Origin: Adineta vaga
Taxonomy: Eukaryota > Animalia > Rotifera
Length of the DNA: 64,000 nucleotides
NCBI GenBank assembly: GCA_021613535.1
Contig: CP075496.1
Coordinates: 13,702,001 to 13,766,000, forward strand
Direction: 5' to 3'
Shown piece after piece: positions 1-16,049 of this stretch (its first letter is position 1; every line of letters starts with the position of its first letter). The notes under the pieces are model-generated. The model ran no database searches and had not been told where the DNA came from. It saw only the letters and a program-made list of their open reading frames with translations. The translations under genes and the position numbers were made by a program.

Positions 1-1560
1 GTTAGTCGACGTACAGAAATATTGAAAACTTTAGTATCTTCATCATCAACATTATTAGCACCACCATTATCGGAAGCAAAATCTAGAAAATCGAGTAATG
101 CAACTTATGCTAATCAAATCAATTTACTTAAGTAAGAATAGAATTAATCTGGAATTGGAAGAGATTGAATTTATATTTTGACGTTTTAGACAACGTCAAC
201 CAATATCAAAATCAACTGTCGATGATGCTGAATGGATTGATTTTATGCGTTTAATTATACACAAACCTTTGGAAGATGATTTGAAATCATTACTCGATAA
301 ATATAAAACGGTAAATTTGATCTATGTATTTTCAATAAAAATAATATTTTCGAAATATATATTAGGCTTATTTTGATCAAGTCAATGCACCGAATGCATC
401 CGATGATACGATTCGTTCAAGTTTATGTACCATTGTTACCGAGGTATGTTTTTTTGAGTTCATTCATGTGGAAGTTCGAGCCCCAACTCTTAGAATAGTT
501 TAGTTCAATAATGAAGGCTGATGCTTTAATCTATTAGATTAGATGAGTAAAATTGAGTTTCTGATGAATCATTCTTTTCCAAAAGAATATACAAGGTTTA
601 TTGCGCACTTCTTTTGTCTTTATATATCCTTGTCGTTCATTTAATCGTTGACATATGAAGAAAAAAGAAAAGAAAAGAGCAATGAACAGAAGAACAAAAT
701 ATTAAGGCACCCGCGCCGGGACTCGAACCCGGACTCTTCGGATGTCTCTTGTTTTATAAGAAATTTAGGAGTCCGACGCCTTAATCCATTAGGCCACGCG
801 GGCTTGTCTCTTTCATATGCTCATGATATGTGTTATCATAGGCTTTGACTACATACTCATCAAGTTCAATCCAATCAGCATCATCATCAACTTCAACAAC
901 AACAGATGATCTAACCACAAATGTTTCTTCTCCTATCTCAACAACAGCAACAACAACTTCTCTAAACAATGGCAGTGCAAAGTAAATCTATTGACCAAAC
1001 TTTTTTCTCAAAGAAATATTTTCAATTAAAGACGAAAACGTAAAAGTATCGGTCCAACTTCATCCTTGTCTCTACCTATTCCAATCAATAGTCAAACAAA
1101 ATTTGTTATTAGTCATATCATACCCGGTAAATATGATAATTGTAATGGTAATAAAACAAACAATCAACAGCATAAACAATTTCAAAAGAAATACAGTCAT
1201 TTATTTAAAGTACGTTTTCATATATATATATATATATATATTTCTCGACGAATTAAACTTTTGTTTTTAGTATATACCTGACAAAGACGAACACACATAT
1301 CTTTTACGTGAAGATCATTTGAAAAGTACATTCTTTTCTTCTTCTGGTTCGCCAATAAATCAAAATATTTGTTTAATGTTATACGATGAAGTTTATAATA
1401 ATATGGATGATTATGATCTTGAATTAAGGTAGAAAACATTTCTTAACTTGTTTTTTTTTAAAATTTATATTTCGATTTTTTGTTTAGTGGAATATCAATG
1501 GATGATTCTTTTACTTTACCTGAATCACTTCTTGTACATATTAATTCAATTTATCAATAA
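1..1560 (+). CDS. DNTTIP1: DNTTIP1 (MiDAC complex subunit), 5'-partial, multi-exon
   Basis: Spliced exons give DDAEWIDFMRLIIHKPLEDDLKSLLDKYK (dimerisation-domain-like) and INSQTKFVI...KYSHLFKYIPDKDEHTYLLREDHL...ICLMLYDEV...SFTLPESLL, resembling the DNTTIP1 C-terminal domain (LNESTTFVL...KHPHLFKY...SFVLP). Stop TAA at 1558-1560. Confidence 0.75.
708..803 (-). tRNA. tRNA-Arg(CCT) with a 22-nt intron (744-765), nested antisense in a DNTTIP1 intron
   Basis: Reverse complement folds as a cloverleaf: acceptor GCCCGCG/CGCGGGT, D arm TGGCCTAATGGATTAAGGC, anticodon stem TCGGA/TCCGA with loop CT-CCT-A[intron]A, T arm CCGGGTTCGAGTCCCGG. A T4 run follows. Confidence 0.93.
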
Positions 1561-1828
1561 TCTGTGTTACAGTGATGTCAAGTACGGACATCGTCTTTTC
1601 CTTTCTCTGACTTTGTTTCGTTTTTTTTATCTTAAAAATTGTACATACACATGTTTTCTCGTCTCAATCTTCTATTTTAATAACCTGTATGAATCGATTT
1701 CTATATTGATTTGGCCTTTTTTTTTGTCTTGTTTTGTTTTTAGAATATATATATCTATATGTCTATAAGTTTATTTCAAAGAATCAAAATTCAAATCTAT
1801 TTTATTTCATTTCAGATCAATTAAAACC

Positions 1829-2957
1829 ATGACTTGGTTGAATGAATGGTTTAAAGAACAGTTTCCATCCTATAAACTTGCTTTAAAACATGGTGATCCT
1901 CGAACAAAAGATTGGTTTTTATTATGGCGTGATCCTGTTCCAGCAGTGACATTAGCTCTAATCTATTTAGCTATTGTTATCTTAGGTCCACGTTATATGC
2001 GACATCGAGAAGCAATTCATATTCCATCATGGATACTTTTCATTTATAACATGGCTTTAGTCGTTTTATCGGCTTATATGGTTGAAGAAGTGCGCAAAAA
2101 TCATAATTTGATTTGATTTGATCTATATGTTTTTGATCTTTTAGCTTGTTGTAGGTCTTTATCTTAGTCGATATAATCTTTTCTGTCAAAGAATGGTTGT
2201 TTCAAATGATAAGAACGAAATGAAAATCGCCAATGTCTTATGGTTTTATTTTTTCTCTAAAGCAATTGAATTTATGGATACAATATTTATGGTTGTTCGT
2301 AAACGTTTCACACAAATAACATTCCTTCATGTTTTTCATCATTCAACAATGTTAATTATTTGGTGGATTGTAATGACATGGATTCCCGTAAGTTTTTTTT
2401 CTAATATTATCTGTTTCCTTTTTCTCATTAATAATATCTTCTTTAGGGTGGACAAGCATGGTTAGGTCCAGTTTTAAATTCAGCTGTACATGTCTTTATG
2501 TATGGTTATTATGGATTATCAGTTATTCCATCTTTACGTGATAAACTTTGGTGGAAACGATATATCACCATGTTTCAATTAGTAAATATATCAAATTCTT
2601 TATTATATAATTCATTTCTATGTACTTTAGATTCAATTTGTACTTATATTTACTCATACATTTGTTGGTCTATTACGTGGTTGTGATTATCCACGATGGT
2701 ATGATCAGATGTTCTTAATTATCATCTGATGATTTGTTTATTTTATTTTTTTTGTGTCTAGGGGTCAAATTATGTTAAGTACTTATATGATTATCATGTT
2801 GATTCTTTTCTTGAATTTCTATATTCATGAATATGTTACGCGAAGTAATGATGCTAAACGTCGTAAACAAAAATCACAACAAACAAATAAAATATCCGAT
2901 AATGAATCAACAACAAAATCAACTCGACAAAATGGAATTACAAAAAAACAACATTAG
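1829..2957 (+). CDS. Very-long-chain fatty acid elongase (ELOVL family), multi-exon
   Basis: [34 protein letters not shown] histidine box, [13 protein letters not shown] and WWKRYIT motifs across short GT-AG introns. Confidence 0.95.
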
Positions 2958-3309
2958 ATTTTCTTCTACAAAAAAATAGACAAACGATTTTCTTTCCTTT
3001 TCTATTCGTCGTATTTCTAGGCAATATGCTTCTTTTCACACCTTATTCTCTAGTCATTTAGTTTCCATAACAAAAGCAAAAAATGATTTATTTTATGTCT
3101 TGTCTTGTGTGTTCCGTGTTTACGCTCCAAAGAAACATTCTTTTATTCCAACATTAAATGTTCCCAAGAAGAAACCACACTTCCATCTTTTCGATATTCT
3201 TTTAGATAATTTCGTTCGAGAAAAGAGAGAGGACTTGACTTTGTCTGTTTTCTTTTTATTGAATAAAATCTTTTATTGAAAATCGAAAAACAAAAGATTT
3301 CTCATACGA

Positions 3310-6248
<2,939 letters not shown>

Positions 6249-6450
6249 ACTCATCCATTTCTTTTTTTTTTGTTAAATCTGTACAGTTGATAAATGAATA
6301 AACAAGAAAGTATTAACATTTAGAAAAATATGTTCTTATCTACAGATAAGAAATTACAAAACTTAACTCGAGAAAATGGGATATGGGATTTTCTTTTATC
6401 TATCGTCTATATAATCAAAGGAAGAAAGCAGTAGAATAACTAAGAAAAGA

Positions 6451-7548
6451 ATGCAGTATTACCTATTAATAATTAGTATTTATCTCATTATTTCATTGGT
6501 ACATGCTCGATGGGAACTTGTTTTCTCAGATGATTTCAATTGTAATGGTGAAATTGATAGAAGCAAATGGACGTTCGATGAAGGTGTAGGTGAAAATGGA
6601 TGGGGTATGTGATCAGATTATTTTCATTCTAGTTTTGTAATTGATTGAATATATATATTAGGTAATCATGAAGAACAGTTCTATACAACGAATAGAAAAA
6701 ATGTTCGTTGCGAATATTTTCCAGGTAGTTCACAGGGTCGTCTCATTATTGAAGCACATCGAGTAAGAATAATCTGCTATTCTTCGAATAAAGATTTTCA
6801 AGGTGATGTTTAGGAAAGACATGGAGAAAGTCGTTATACTTCAGCTCGTATTCGAACTAAAAAGGCTTGGACTTATGGTCGTTGGCAAATTCGTGCTAAA
6901 GTACCTGAAGGTCGTGGTCTTTGGTCAGCGATATGGATGGTGAAATATTTCTACAATTTGTATTAGAATCATTCGCTTCTTTTTTTTCGTATCTAGCTTC
7001 CTCAACATGAAACTTATGGCACTCGAAAATGGCCAGATAGTGGAGAAATCAATATCATGGAACAAGTGGGTTTCGATCCTACAAGAATTCATGCAAGTGT
7101 TCATACTAAAGCTCACAATCATCGCGATAGCAATCATCCATCTAATAGTGTCACTGTTCCTGATGTTACAACAAGATTTAGAATTTATACATTGGATTGG
7201 GAACCACATCGTTTGAGAATGTTTGTTAGTGATAATGAAGCAAATCCTGAGAAAAAAGAAATTCTTCTTTGGAATAAACAAGGCAATTGGAAAATGTGGT
7301 AAACAATTCAATCGTTATTCTTATTTAAAAGATTATATGAGATATATTTCTAGGCCATTTGATCGACCATTTAATCTTATCATCAATCTTGCTATTGGCG
7401 GAGATTGGTAAGATGTGTCTGTCTACTTTAAAAATAAAATAGTAATATTTCTTTTGTTTTTCTCAGGGGTGGTCAAAAAGGACTCGACGTCAGCGCATTT
7501 CCAGGGAAACTTGAAGTCGACTGGGTGAAATATTTTCAACGAAGTTAA
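6451..7548 (+). CDS. Secreted GH16 laminarinase-like (beta-1,3-glucanase family) protein, 5 introns; catalytic motif variant EINIME
   Basis: Signal peptide, then WELVFSDDF, GWGNHEEQFYT, YTSARIRT, GRGLWSAIWMLP, WPDSGEINIMEQVG, PFDRPFNLIINLAIGGDW and LEVDWVKYFQ. Confidence 0.92.
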
Positions 7549-9653
7549 GAGAGAAATATTTTCTAGATTTTTAATTTAAGCAGAAATAAAACGATCGAAA
7601 CTTTCATATATATTATCTTTATGATAAAATTCAAGTAAAATGATTCAAAAAGACTTCATCTCTTGAAATTTTTCATTCCATACCAAGATCTATTAGACGT
7701 AGAAAGTTCAAACTAAAGTAACTAGAAAACAGTCGGAAGTGCGTTCGAGCACAGAAGCACTGTGTTTGAACTGAATAATAACAAAATGATGCTTTTGATA
7801 AAAAAATCTTGATGCTGACAGTGAGTAGAATCAGCAGGCATATCCTGATTCTCAATTCAAAGAAAATATATTTGCTGATTGTTGCATTGATATGATGATG
7901 AAACGAAGGAGTGAACATTCTCAATGTTATTAAGGTATTACAATGCTGTTTGTGATGTGATTACAGTCATATAATATTATTCTTTTTTTCTTATTATCGG
8001 TACACATTAATAAAACGTGTTATTTTGTACTTGCTAGGAAGACAAGAAACTTTTACTCTATTACAAATGACAAAAGAAGATCTTGATATGAGATCAATTT
8101 TAGTAAAATATGAAGCCACATCGATGAAATCGCTTTTATCAACAACTAATAGCTCTCTCGCTCTTTTGGCTTCGTCAAACAAAATCAAATACCCAATCGT
8201 TAATAAACTACTGATTCGTATCAATGATAAATCATGTAATTACTTTAGACATCATTTAATCTGCTTAGAAAATAAAAATAAAGATGCTTTCTGTACAAGA
8301 TCACGTGCGACAACTTCGAAGTAAAATCAACCAAATTATCAATGTCGAGACAACAGTTACTATTTTTGTAATTTAACACGAGAAAATTTATGCTCGATAA
8401 CTTTTCACTAAATTAGTTTTTTACTAATCTACCAAGCTATTCATACTTGATTGATAAAAGTTGTAACACAGCACGTGTTTATATGGATTTGTCTTTAGTA
8501 AAGATAGTCCTGGCAGAATATGAAGATCACAGGATAATTAATTACTCATTATATATTATCTAAATGTATTTACATATTTTATTGACATTTTTAATATTAA
8601 TTCTAAAGATCGAGTACTCATTTTCATTCATAATATATATTTAATTTAATAACTTTTTATACTTTATACTATTAAATTAAGAATAATATTTCATTTAAAA
8701 TAATTCCATTCATCACACTACGAACAGAATAAGTATAAAACTTCTTCATATATTTTTTTACTCTCGACTAAATCATTCTCGAAGCACAAATTTGTTGATG
8801 AACAGACAGAATCATTTCCTTGAGAAGATCTCCACAAATCCTTATACTGTAAACAGGGTGGAATTCTGCATTACGACGTTACAAAATCATACTTTGCTTA
8901 TTGTTAACTCACATTCTTTTTTCTAGTTTAATCATCTTATTAATAGAAGAGATCAGTACAATGCAGAAAAATCTCATTTTTAATGTAAGAAATATTTTAA
9001 TGAAAACATTCATTGATAATGACTTAATACGAATTAAGTATTGATATTGAAAAATTTAGTTTTTTTACGTAGAAAAACATTTTTTATACTCAACAGTCAG
9101 AAGGCATCCTTGATGATGATATTTTCAACTTTCTATTTCCTGTTCATGACCAGTTTAGATAAAATCGAACTGATAATGATTAAAAGGAATTAATTTCTAT
9201 TTATAATTTTATAATAGAACAACAACTCATGCAGGTCGTCGTATCAGTCTATACTTTTTAGTTTGATTAATAATCATTAATGAACTTTCTAATAAGATAA
9301 TAAATGCTTGTAGTATAGAAAAGATGATAAAAGATTTTTTTTCTCTACTTATTATAGATTTAGTTAGAAAATATTTTTAATGAATACTTTCTATCATTCT
9401 GAACTACTTCTTAGATTTATTCAGATATGCGCAAAAGAGAGTAAAAATAATTAGATACAATTGATTTCTATCCATATTTCATTTGAAACATTTTTCTAAA
9501 GATTTATACACGTTAGACAACAACGATATTTTGATATAGAATTTCATTCGAAAGAGAGATTTAGATTTAATCATCAAGTATTCATGAACATTCGTCCTCA
9601 TTGACATTTTTCAAAGTTAAAAAACGGAAAGGTTGTGTGAACATATTCTACAT

Positions 9654-9664
9654 TATATAAAAAG
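9654..9664 (+). promoter_or_regulatory. TATA-box candidate of GPCR copy 1
   Basis: TATATAAAAAG ~115 nt upstream of the ATG; absent from copy 2. Confidence 0.45.
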
Positions 9665-9776
9665 TCTAGGTGATTTAGTAAAGAAGATTAATCAAAATGA
9701 AAAGATTAGCAAAGAAAAAACTTATGTTTTATTCTTATTTTTTTAGTTTTATTTGTTTTAGACATACATAATTTCT

Positions 9777-10960
9777 ATGCCATCATCATCTCAAGCAGAT
9801 CCAACATTAGCATTGGTCACACACTTACTCACTTATTATGGTTATTCAATAATGCTTATCTTTGGTAATATTGGTAATCTTCTAAATATTCTACTTTTTC
9901 TACAAAAGAAATTAAGAAAAACATCTTGTAATAATTGTAAGAAATCAAAGTGACCTACTTTCAATTGCTCATCTATCAATCTGTTTTTTTTTCTTTTCAA
10001 GATTTTGTAGTCTCAGCATTTACCAATATTATCGCTTTAAATGTCGGTATTTCTTCAATAATTCATGCTGAAATCGAACCACGAGATTTAACCGATATTT
10101 ATTGTAAAATCGAAGGATATATAATGAATGTTTGTCTTCAAATATCTCGATACTTAATTGTTGTTGCATGTTTCGATCGATATGCACTTTGTTCAACAAA
10201 TGCTTCTCTTCGAAAATTCTCTCGTGTTTCAGTTGCTCGTCGATATGTTATTCCTTTGATCATTCTTCTTTGGCTAGTTGTTCCAATTCATGTACCTATT
10301 TTTATCACCGTTGTTAAAGATACATGTGCATTCGTTGATACTGGAGCATATTACAATAGTATTTATGGACTTATTCTCATTGGTATTCTACCACCTGGTT
10401 TGATGTTTATTTTTTCATTATTGATATTTCGTAATCTCAAATTACGACAACAACGTCGTCAAATTCATCCATTAGTTCAAACTCATTCTCTCCCAACAGT
10501 CGATGAACAACAACGTTTGAAAATCAAAGATCAACAAGTGTTTGCTATGTTACTTGTTCAAGTTTTTGCTTATGTGGCATCGAGTACACCATATACAATT
10601 ACAGTGCTTTACGTTGTACTAGATACACTAACAGCAGTAGATAATTCAATAGAAAACAAATCTGTCATCACATTTATATTATTTGTTACCGATATGCTTC
10701 GTTTTATTTGTCCATTTACTTCATTTTATTTATTTATAACTGTCTCTCGACTTTATCGACGAGAAATGATGTCAATCATACGAAAAATTCATCATCGATG
10801 GCTTCTATTATGGAATAGAACCCATATAGCTCAACTTGATCCAGTTGGATTACAACTCCAAATTCGAACAGACCATTGGAAGTTCGATCTTAACAATATC
10901 GTCAACGCAGATGAGACTATTTCAATTGTAGACATATTTCTTGAACATATTAGATATTGA
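9777..10960 (+). CDS. Class A (rhodopsin-like) GPCR, copy 1; intron ~9937-10001
   Basis: MPSSSQADP start, TM1 FGNIGNLLNILLF, ACFDRY motif and seven hydrophobic segments. Confidence 0.9.
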
Positions 10961-13900
10961 AGTCAATCATCGCAAAATGTTGCTTCTATGAAATTGTTTC
11001 TTCTAGACTATTTCACACCTATTTGGTGGTACCAATGTTAGTATCAATAATTTTCTCATAAAATACATAAGGAAATTCATAAAGTTTTTTAAAATTCAAT
11101 TTTATGAGAGACTTTATTCGTTTATATAGGCAAAGACGTATTCCTAAACTATATTGTTCATTCTCAAATGATATATTGTCATGTTTAATTTATCTTGATA
11201 GAATCGTAAAAATATTTTAAAATCTGTTTATCGTAATTGAATTCCAGAACACACGATTCATTATCAAGTACTATTGATGAATGTCACTTCTCTCAATGAT
11301 TCTTATGTAGTCTGACACTTCTATCATCTTATGATAATATTGAATATCAATAGCTTAGTAACATGTACTGATTTTCCAGAGAAAGATCGCAACACAAAGG
11401 TAGGTTATTCATGTGAATAAACGGAACTATTATTTAATATATACCGTTTGTTGAATATGGACAGATCCTACATTGTAAAATATGTTAATCTCGCAGACAG
11501 TGTTTGTTCTTGCCGAATTCTTGTGGTTTTCTTGTCATCTCATATTACAAGCATGCACTGACTCACTGTTGTAGATTATCAGGAAGCTCCAGATGAAGAG
11601 ATAGGAAAGATACAAAACGAACATGTTTGTCGAGTCAGTAAACAATGCTTAGAAAATGGCGCACTCATCCATTTTAGTTCTATGGTCAAAACTTTATATT
11701 ATGTGAATTACTAAATGACTTCATCCAGGTTTAATCATCATAAACACAGTCATTTCTTGGAATTTACGAAAAAATATATATTTACTTTCAAAATCGTTTG
11801 AATTTTATACGTTTTTTATTTATTTTTTCTTATTTATTCGATTTATCATTTAATCAAACCCGTTTTTGTTTCATTGTACTTAATATAAAACCAGAAGCCC
11901 ACCAGACAAACATTCCTAACCAAAGAAATTACCTTTAACAACTTTGTTGACATTTTTCTACTAGGTATTTCTTGTTTTTCTCAGAGCTCCTTCAGTTCAA
12001 AAACGCAAAAAATCTCTATTCTTCATCACGATCGCTCCTGAACCACTCAACATGAAAGAGAAGTAGAATAGAACAAGTATAAACATGATAGATCGAAATA
12101 AGCAAAAAGATTACGTCTACTGTGTTCAGTAGTGTGATCCATTCATATACAATGATTTGGTGAAGTTTTTACTCAGACTAGATCAAAACAGCATGTTCGT
12201 GCTTCATCGTATTATTTTCTTGATTGTACGTGAAGAAATACGATACTCAGCCACCTGAGTATCTTGCCATGTTTGTTTTTCATAACTTAGAATAACATGA
12301 TCGTGATAAAAGTTCATGAATCAGTTTTATTAGAAGTTAAAAAGAAGAAAAGTAATCTATATATGACACAGTGTGTTAACACGAAGTGTTTCGTCATTAT
12401 TATTTTCAATAACCAATGGTAGTTCCTGGTTTAACGATAACATAATGTTAAATAGTAATACGTAAATAAGTTATTATTCATTTATATATATTTCGCATAC
12501 GGCGTTCATTCATTCGGATCGTCGGAGTAAAGGAAAAGACATAACTTATGTATATAAGTCACCTGGTGCATATACTCGTACTCACAAGCACCATTTCAAT
12601 TAATATAAGCTTGAAAAAAGCTAATGACAAAAGTTGTTAAAAAATTTAATCAAAACTACTAAAGATACCATTAAATCCCAGTGTAACTTGTAAGATTTAC
12701 TGGCATAGCATTTGTATATACATTGATTACTTATAAATAATATATTTTTCTCTTACATTCAAATGTATTGTAATTCCGAATCTTTATTTAATATGGTTCA
12801 TCGTCTAAAGTAAAACATGAAATATAAAAAGCATTTGTAATTTTAAATGAAGCAGCACACCTAATATTCTTTTAGAATTACTCCATCCCGGAAAAACTAT
12901 ATAGTTCATATATGATACGAAGATATGCGCTCGTATTGATTCGGTTTAAATCATTTTCTATCAATTATATAATACTCAATAAGATTCAAGAAGAATTTTT
13001 GTCTTTAGTAATTATTAATACATAACTATGAGTTAACATTTATATATACTTCGTAATTCTATATTTATTTGAGATAATTATTGAGAAATTCGATAAAAAT
13101 CAAATTAAATATTTAAGATATTGTTATCGGATGTTTCATTAATGAAAGACGTATATAAAAAAGATATTGTTCGAAAAGTATTTTTGTTTATCAGATCCAT
13201 CAATTAATTTGAAATTCAATATGATTTGCATCATTCATATCATATAACTGTTCTTCATAATAATGGTTTCATTTTTCAAGATAACCTTTCTAATATATTG
13301 TTTACGAAAGTGTATGTGTTATCCATCACATACATGAATATCTTCTTTTGACACAAAGATATGTTGAAATTAAATATTATTATTTACCTACATATCGTTT
13401 CAAAAAAGTCGAAAGAAAATAATCCATGACTTCATTTTATATGTATGTATTAGTGAAGTTCGTTGAGAACAGCTGTGAGGAATAGAATAATACCTTATTA
13501 ATAATTCTGTTATCCTTGAATGAGCGACATGATGTCTAGTCTTTTGATCATAGATAAACTGTATGACATGAAAGAGTTTTGATATTATGATTTTTTATGT
13601 TTTTGACGTAGGTGTTGAGAAAAAAAAAGAATTCAATTAGCTCCAGTTAACCGATAAAGTTAGTTATAAGCAGAAAGTACCGATAATAAGAGTCATTAGG
13701 TATTTTCCTCGAATAGAGAGAGAGAGAGCAGATGAAAGACTTAGAGAAAACTGACAGTTTTTGATGGGATAAAAACATCACATTACCTCCTACGTTTTTC
13801 TTCTACAAGCACTTAAAAATTGAAATTTGTAAAAGTTTATTACGTAATAGAAGAGTGCAACACAAAAGTACTTTACTGAATCTTTTGAAATGATATTAAA

Positions 13901-14777
13901 TAGTTTAAAAATTGAAATTAATTGTATATGGAAGTCGAAACAATAAATGCCTACACTCACAGTATGTCATCTATTTTCTATCGAAATTTTAATAAGAAAT
14001 CATGATCTTTACCGGAAAGTCGTTCCATCGTAATTGTTATTAGATACAATACACAATTCCATCAATGACACATCTTCAATTTTTTTCTTCTTCAAAGAAA
14101 AATCTCACGAGTCGAAGAATCATGTGCTCCGGATGATGTCAATTCCAGAAAAACTGACTCCAATTAGTCGACATTGATGTCAACGATAATAACTAGCTTT
14201 TACATCCTGTTGATTCATCCGAAACCTGGTTGTTTTTGCTTTTCTCAAGGTTAAATTGACAACATATCTGTTTTTGAAACTATAAGATCAAACTTCTAAA
14301 CATTCACAGATACAATATTTCTAAGTTGTCTTTCCACATGTCTATTCGATTAACTTGACAAATAGTAGATTGATTAGAGGTTTTGAATCTTAATTATTTT
14401 CTCAGTTGAATAATTCATCAACTGAATCCATTTTATCCATTATTCAATGAAAGAACGTGATTTTTGTGCATGTATGACTTCTTCTATCTACTTCGAAGTC
14501 ATAAAATAGTTTGTATGAAATGACCTTCTATTCTTACCAATGGGAAAATAATGAGGCAATTAAATTTTGCAGTTCTTTTATGTCTTATGCATGAATTATT
14601 TTCAAAAAAAAAGAATGATCTTTTTAATACTGACGTCATTAGATTTCATGGATATTTGAGTACATTAAAAAGAAAGTTCTATTATTTATTTTCAAGGACA
14701 AAAACAAAAGCAAAAAAATAATGTAAAATATATGTTTATCCCAAAGCGAATAAAGAATAAAAATATACGTTTTCTTT

Positions 14778-16049
14778 CTAAAGTTTATGTAGATTAATTC
14801 CATCAACAGTTGATATAATTAATATATTTGTACCAAACATTGCAGCACATGAAGGTGATGGATTATAATCACATGTTAATTTTAATTTTCCTTCATTTGA
14901 TATATGAAATAGATTTGATGTATTCCAATCGACAACAAGCCATTCATCATGATTAAGTAAACAACAACGAACTGCTCGTGAATCATAATCAATATTAAGA
15001 TCTAATGTCCAAAGTCGTTCGAATGTATTTGCTGAACGTAATTCAATAGATTTGGTTTTATTTAAACGATTATAAATCATTAAAGCAAGTTTATCTTTAT
15101 TATAAATAATATTATTTATTGTTTCGTCTTGTTTACATGTTTGTGGTGGTTGCCAACGTTTAATAAGTTGAACCGATGGCCATAATGTAAATTGATAAAT
15201 ATTTGAAGCCCAATCTTTTGTTGTTAAATATAAATTTGTATCTGAACATGTACATGACCACCAAGATAGTTTAGGTATTTTTTGAACACGTATTATTGAC
15301 ATTGTACTTTCATCAATAAGAAAGAGATAATTACGAGTTAAAACAAGAAAACGTGATAATGTTGATGACCAACAAATATCTATAATACATCCTTGTGTCC
15401 AAGATTTTTCTTTTAAAAGATTTAATTCTTTATCTAATAAACATAAATTCGAATTTTGATGTATAAGTAAATGACGTTCATTCGTACATAAAATTTTCGA
15501 ACTATCATCAAGATAATTAATTGTTTTTGATGGTGGAGGAATAATAGCTCCATTATATAAATCATTATTTTCTTGAATTTGAATAGATTTTTCATGAATT
15601 TCAATTGGATGAATATTCAACTGAAGATATTTTTCTTTTGTTTCATCAATTTCTTGTTCAAGTTGACGAGCAATATTTGTTATATAATCAATATCTTTTT
15701 GTACAGTATTTTGTTTATGAATAAGTGTTGCAATATTTGATCGTATACGATTTATATCTTTACGTTGTTTATCAACAATTTCAGCAACATGTCGATTAAA
15801 TTCTCGACATTTTTGTTCGTAATATCGATCGATTAAATTATAACAATCTGTTCTCCATTTGTCAAGTGTTTGATGTGATTCACTCATAAGATTTTCGATG
15901 TTTGATGTTGTTAAACGATCATTTAATGAATTGATTCGATCAGCTAGATCATTTAATGAATTGTCATATTGATCATATTGTTCTTCAGTTAATTCATAAG
16001 TTTCGGCATGTTGATATGTCGTCGACATCATCGTACACGATTGAGGCAT
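14778..16049 (-). CDS. Coiled-coil plus beta-rich domain protein of a lineage-expanded family (degenerate B-box-like N-terminus), intronless
   Basis: Long ORF, likely start MPQSC. Shares LDKWRTDCYNLIDRYYEQK, HLLIHQNSNL, DICWS and WWSCTCSDTNLYL-type motifs with 20793-22073. Confidence 0.8.
   Translation of the reverse strand: MPQSCTMMSTTYQHAETYELTEEQYDQYDNSLNDLADRINSLNDRLTTSNIENLMSESHQTLDKWRTDCYNLIDRYYEQKCREFNRHVAEIVDKQRKDINRIRSNIATLIHKQNTVQKDIDYITNIARQLEQEIDETKEKYLQLNIHPIEIHEKSIQIQENNDLYNGAIIPPPSKTINYLDDSSKILCTNERHLLIHQNSNLCLLDKELNLLKEKSWTQGCIIDICWSSTLSRFLVLTRNYLFLIDESTMSIIRVQKIPKLSWWSCTCSDTNLYLTTKDWASNIYQFTLWPSVQLIKRWQPPQTCKQDETINNIIYNKDKLALMIYNRLNKTKSIELRSANTFERLWTLDLNIDYDSRAVRCCLLNHDEWLVVDWNTSNLFHISNEGKLKLTCDYNPSPSCAAMFGTNILIISTVDGINLHKL

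Larger units (their letters stand above)
8700..10971 (+). repeat. Segmental duplicate, copy 1 (partner 45900-47795)
   Basis: 9670-10971 is nearly identical to 46492-47795. 8700-9306 is clearly but more distantly similar to 45900-46480 (e.g. TTTCCTGTTCATGACCA, ATCATTTCCTTGAGAA, AATGAACTTTCTAA). Confidence 0.92.

Noticed and set aside
468-486. GTTCGAGCCCC B-box-like motif
   Set aside because: No acceptor, D or anticodon arms around it.
648-969. ORFs 648-848 and 781-969
   Set aside because: Shadows of the tRNA and of a Ser/Thr-rich DNTTIP1 exon.
7673-8324. Short ORFs on both strands
   Set aside because: No motifs or convincing splice structure; possibly decayed sequence.
11000-14700. 3.7-kb gene-free stretch as a possible transposon
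   Set aside because: No terminal repeats, target-site duplication or transposase/RT remnants recognised by eye.
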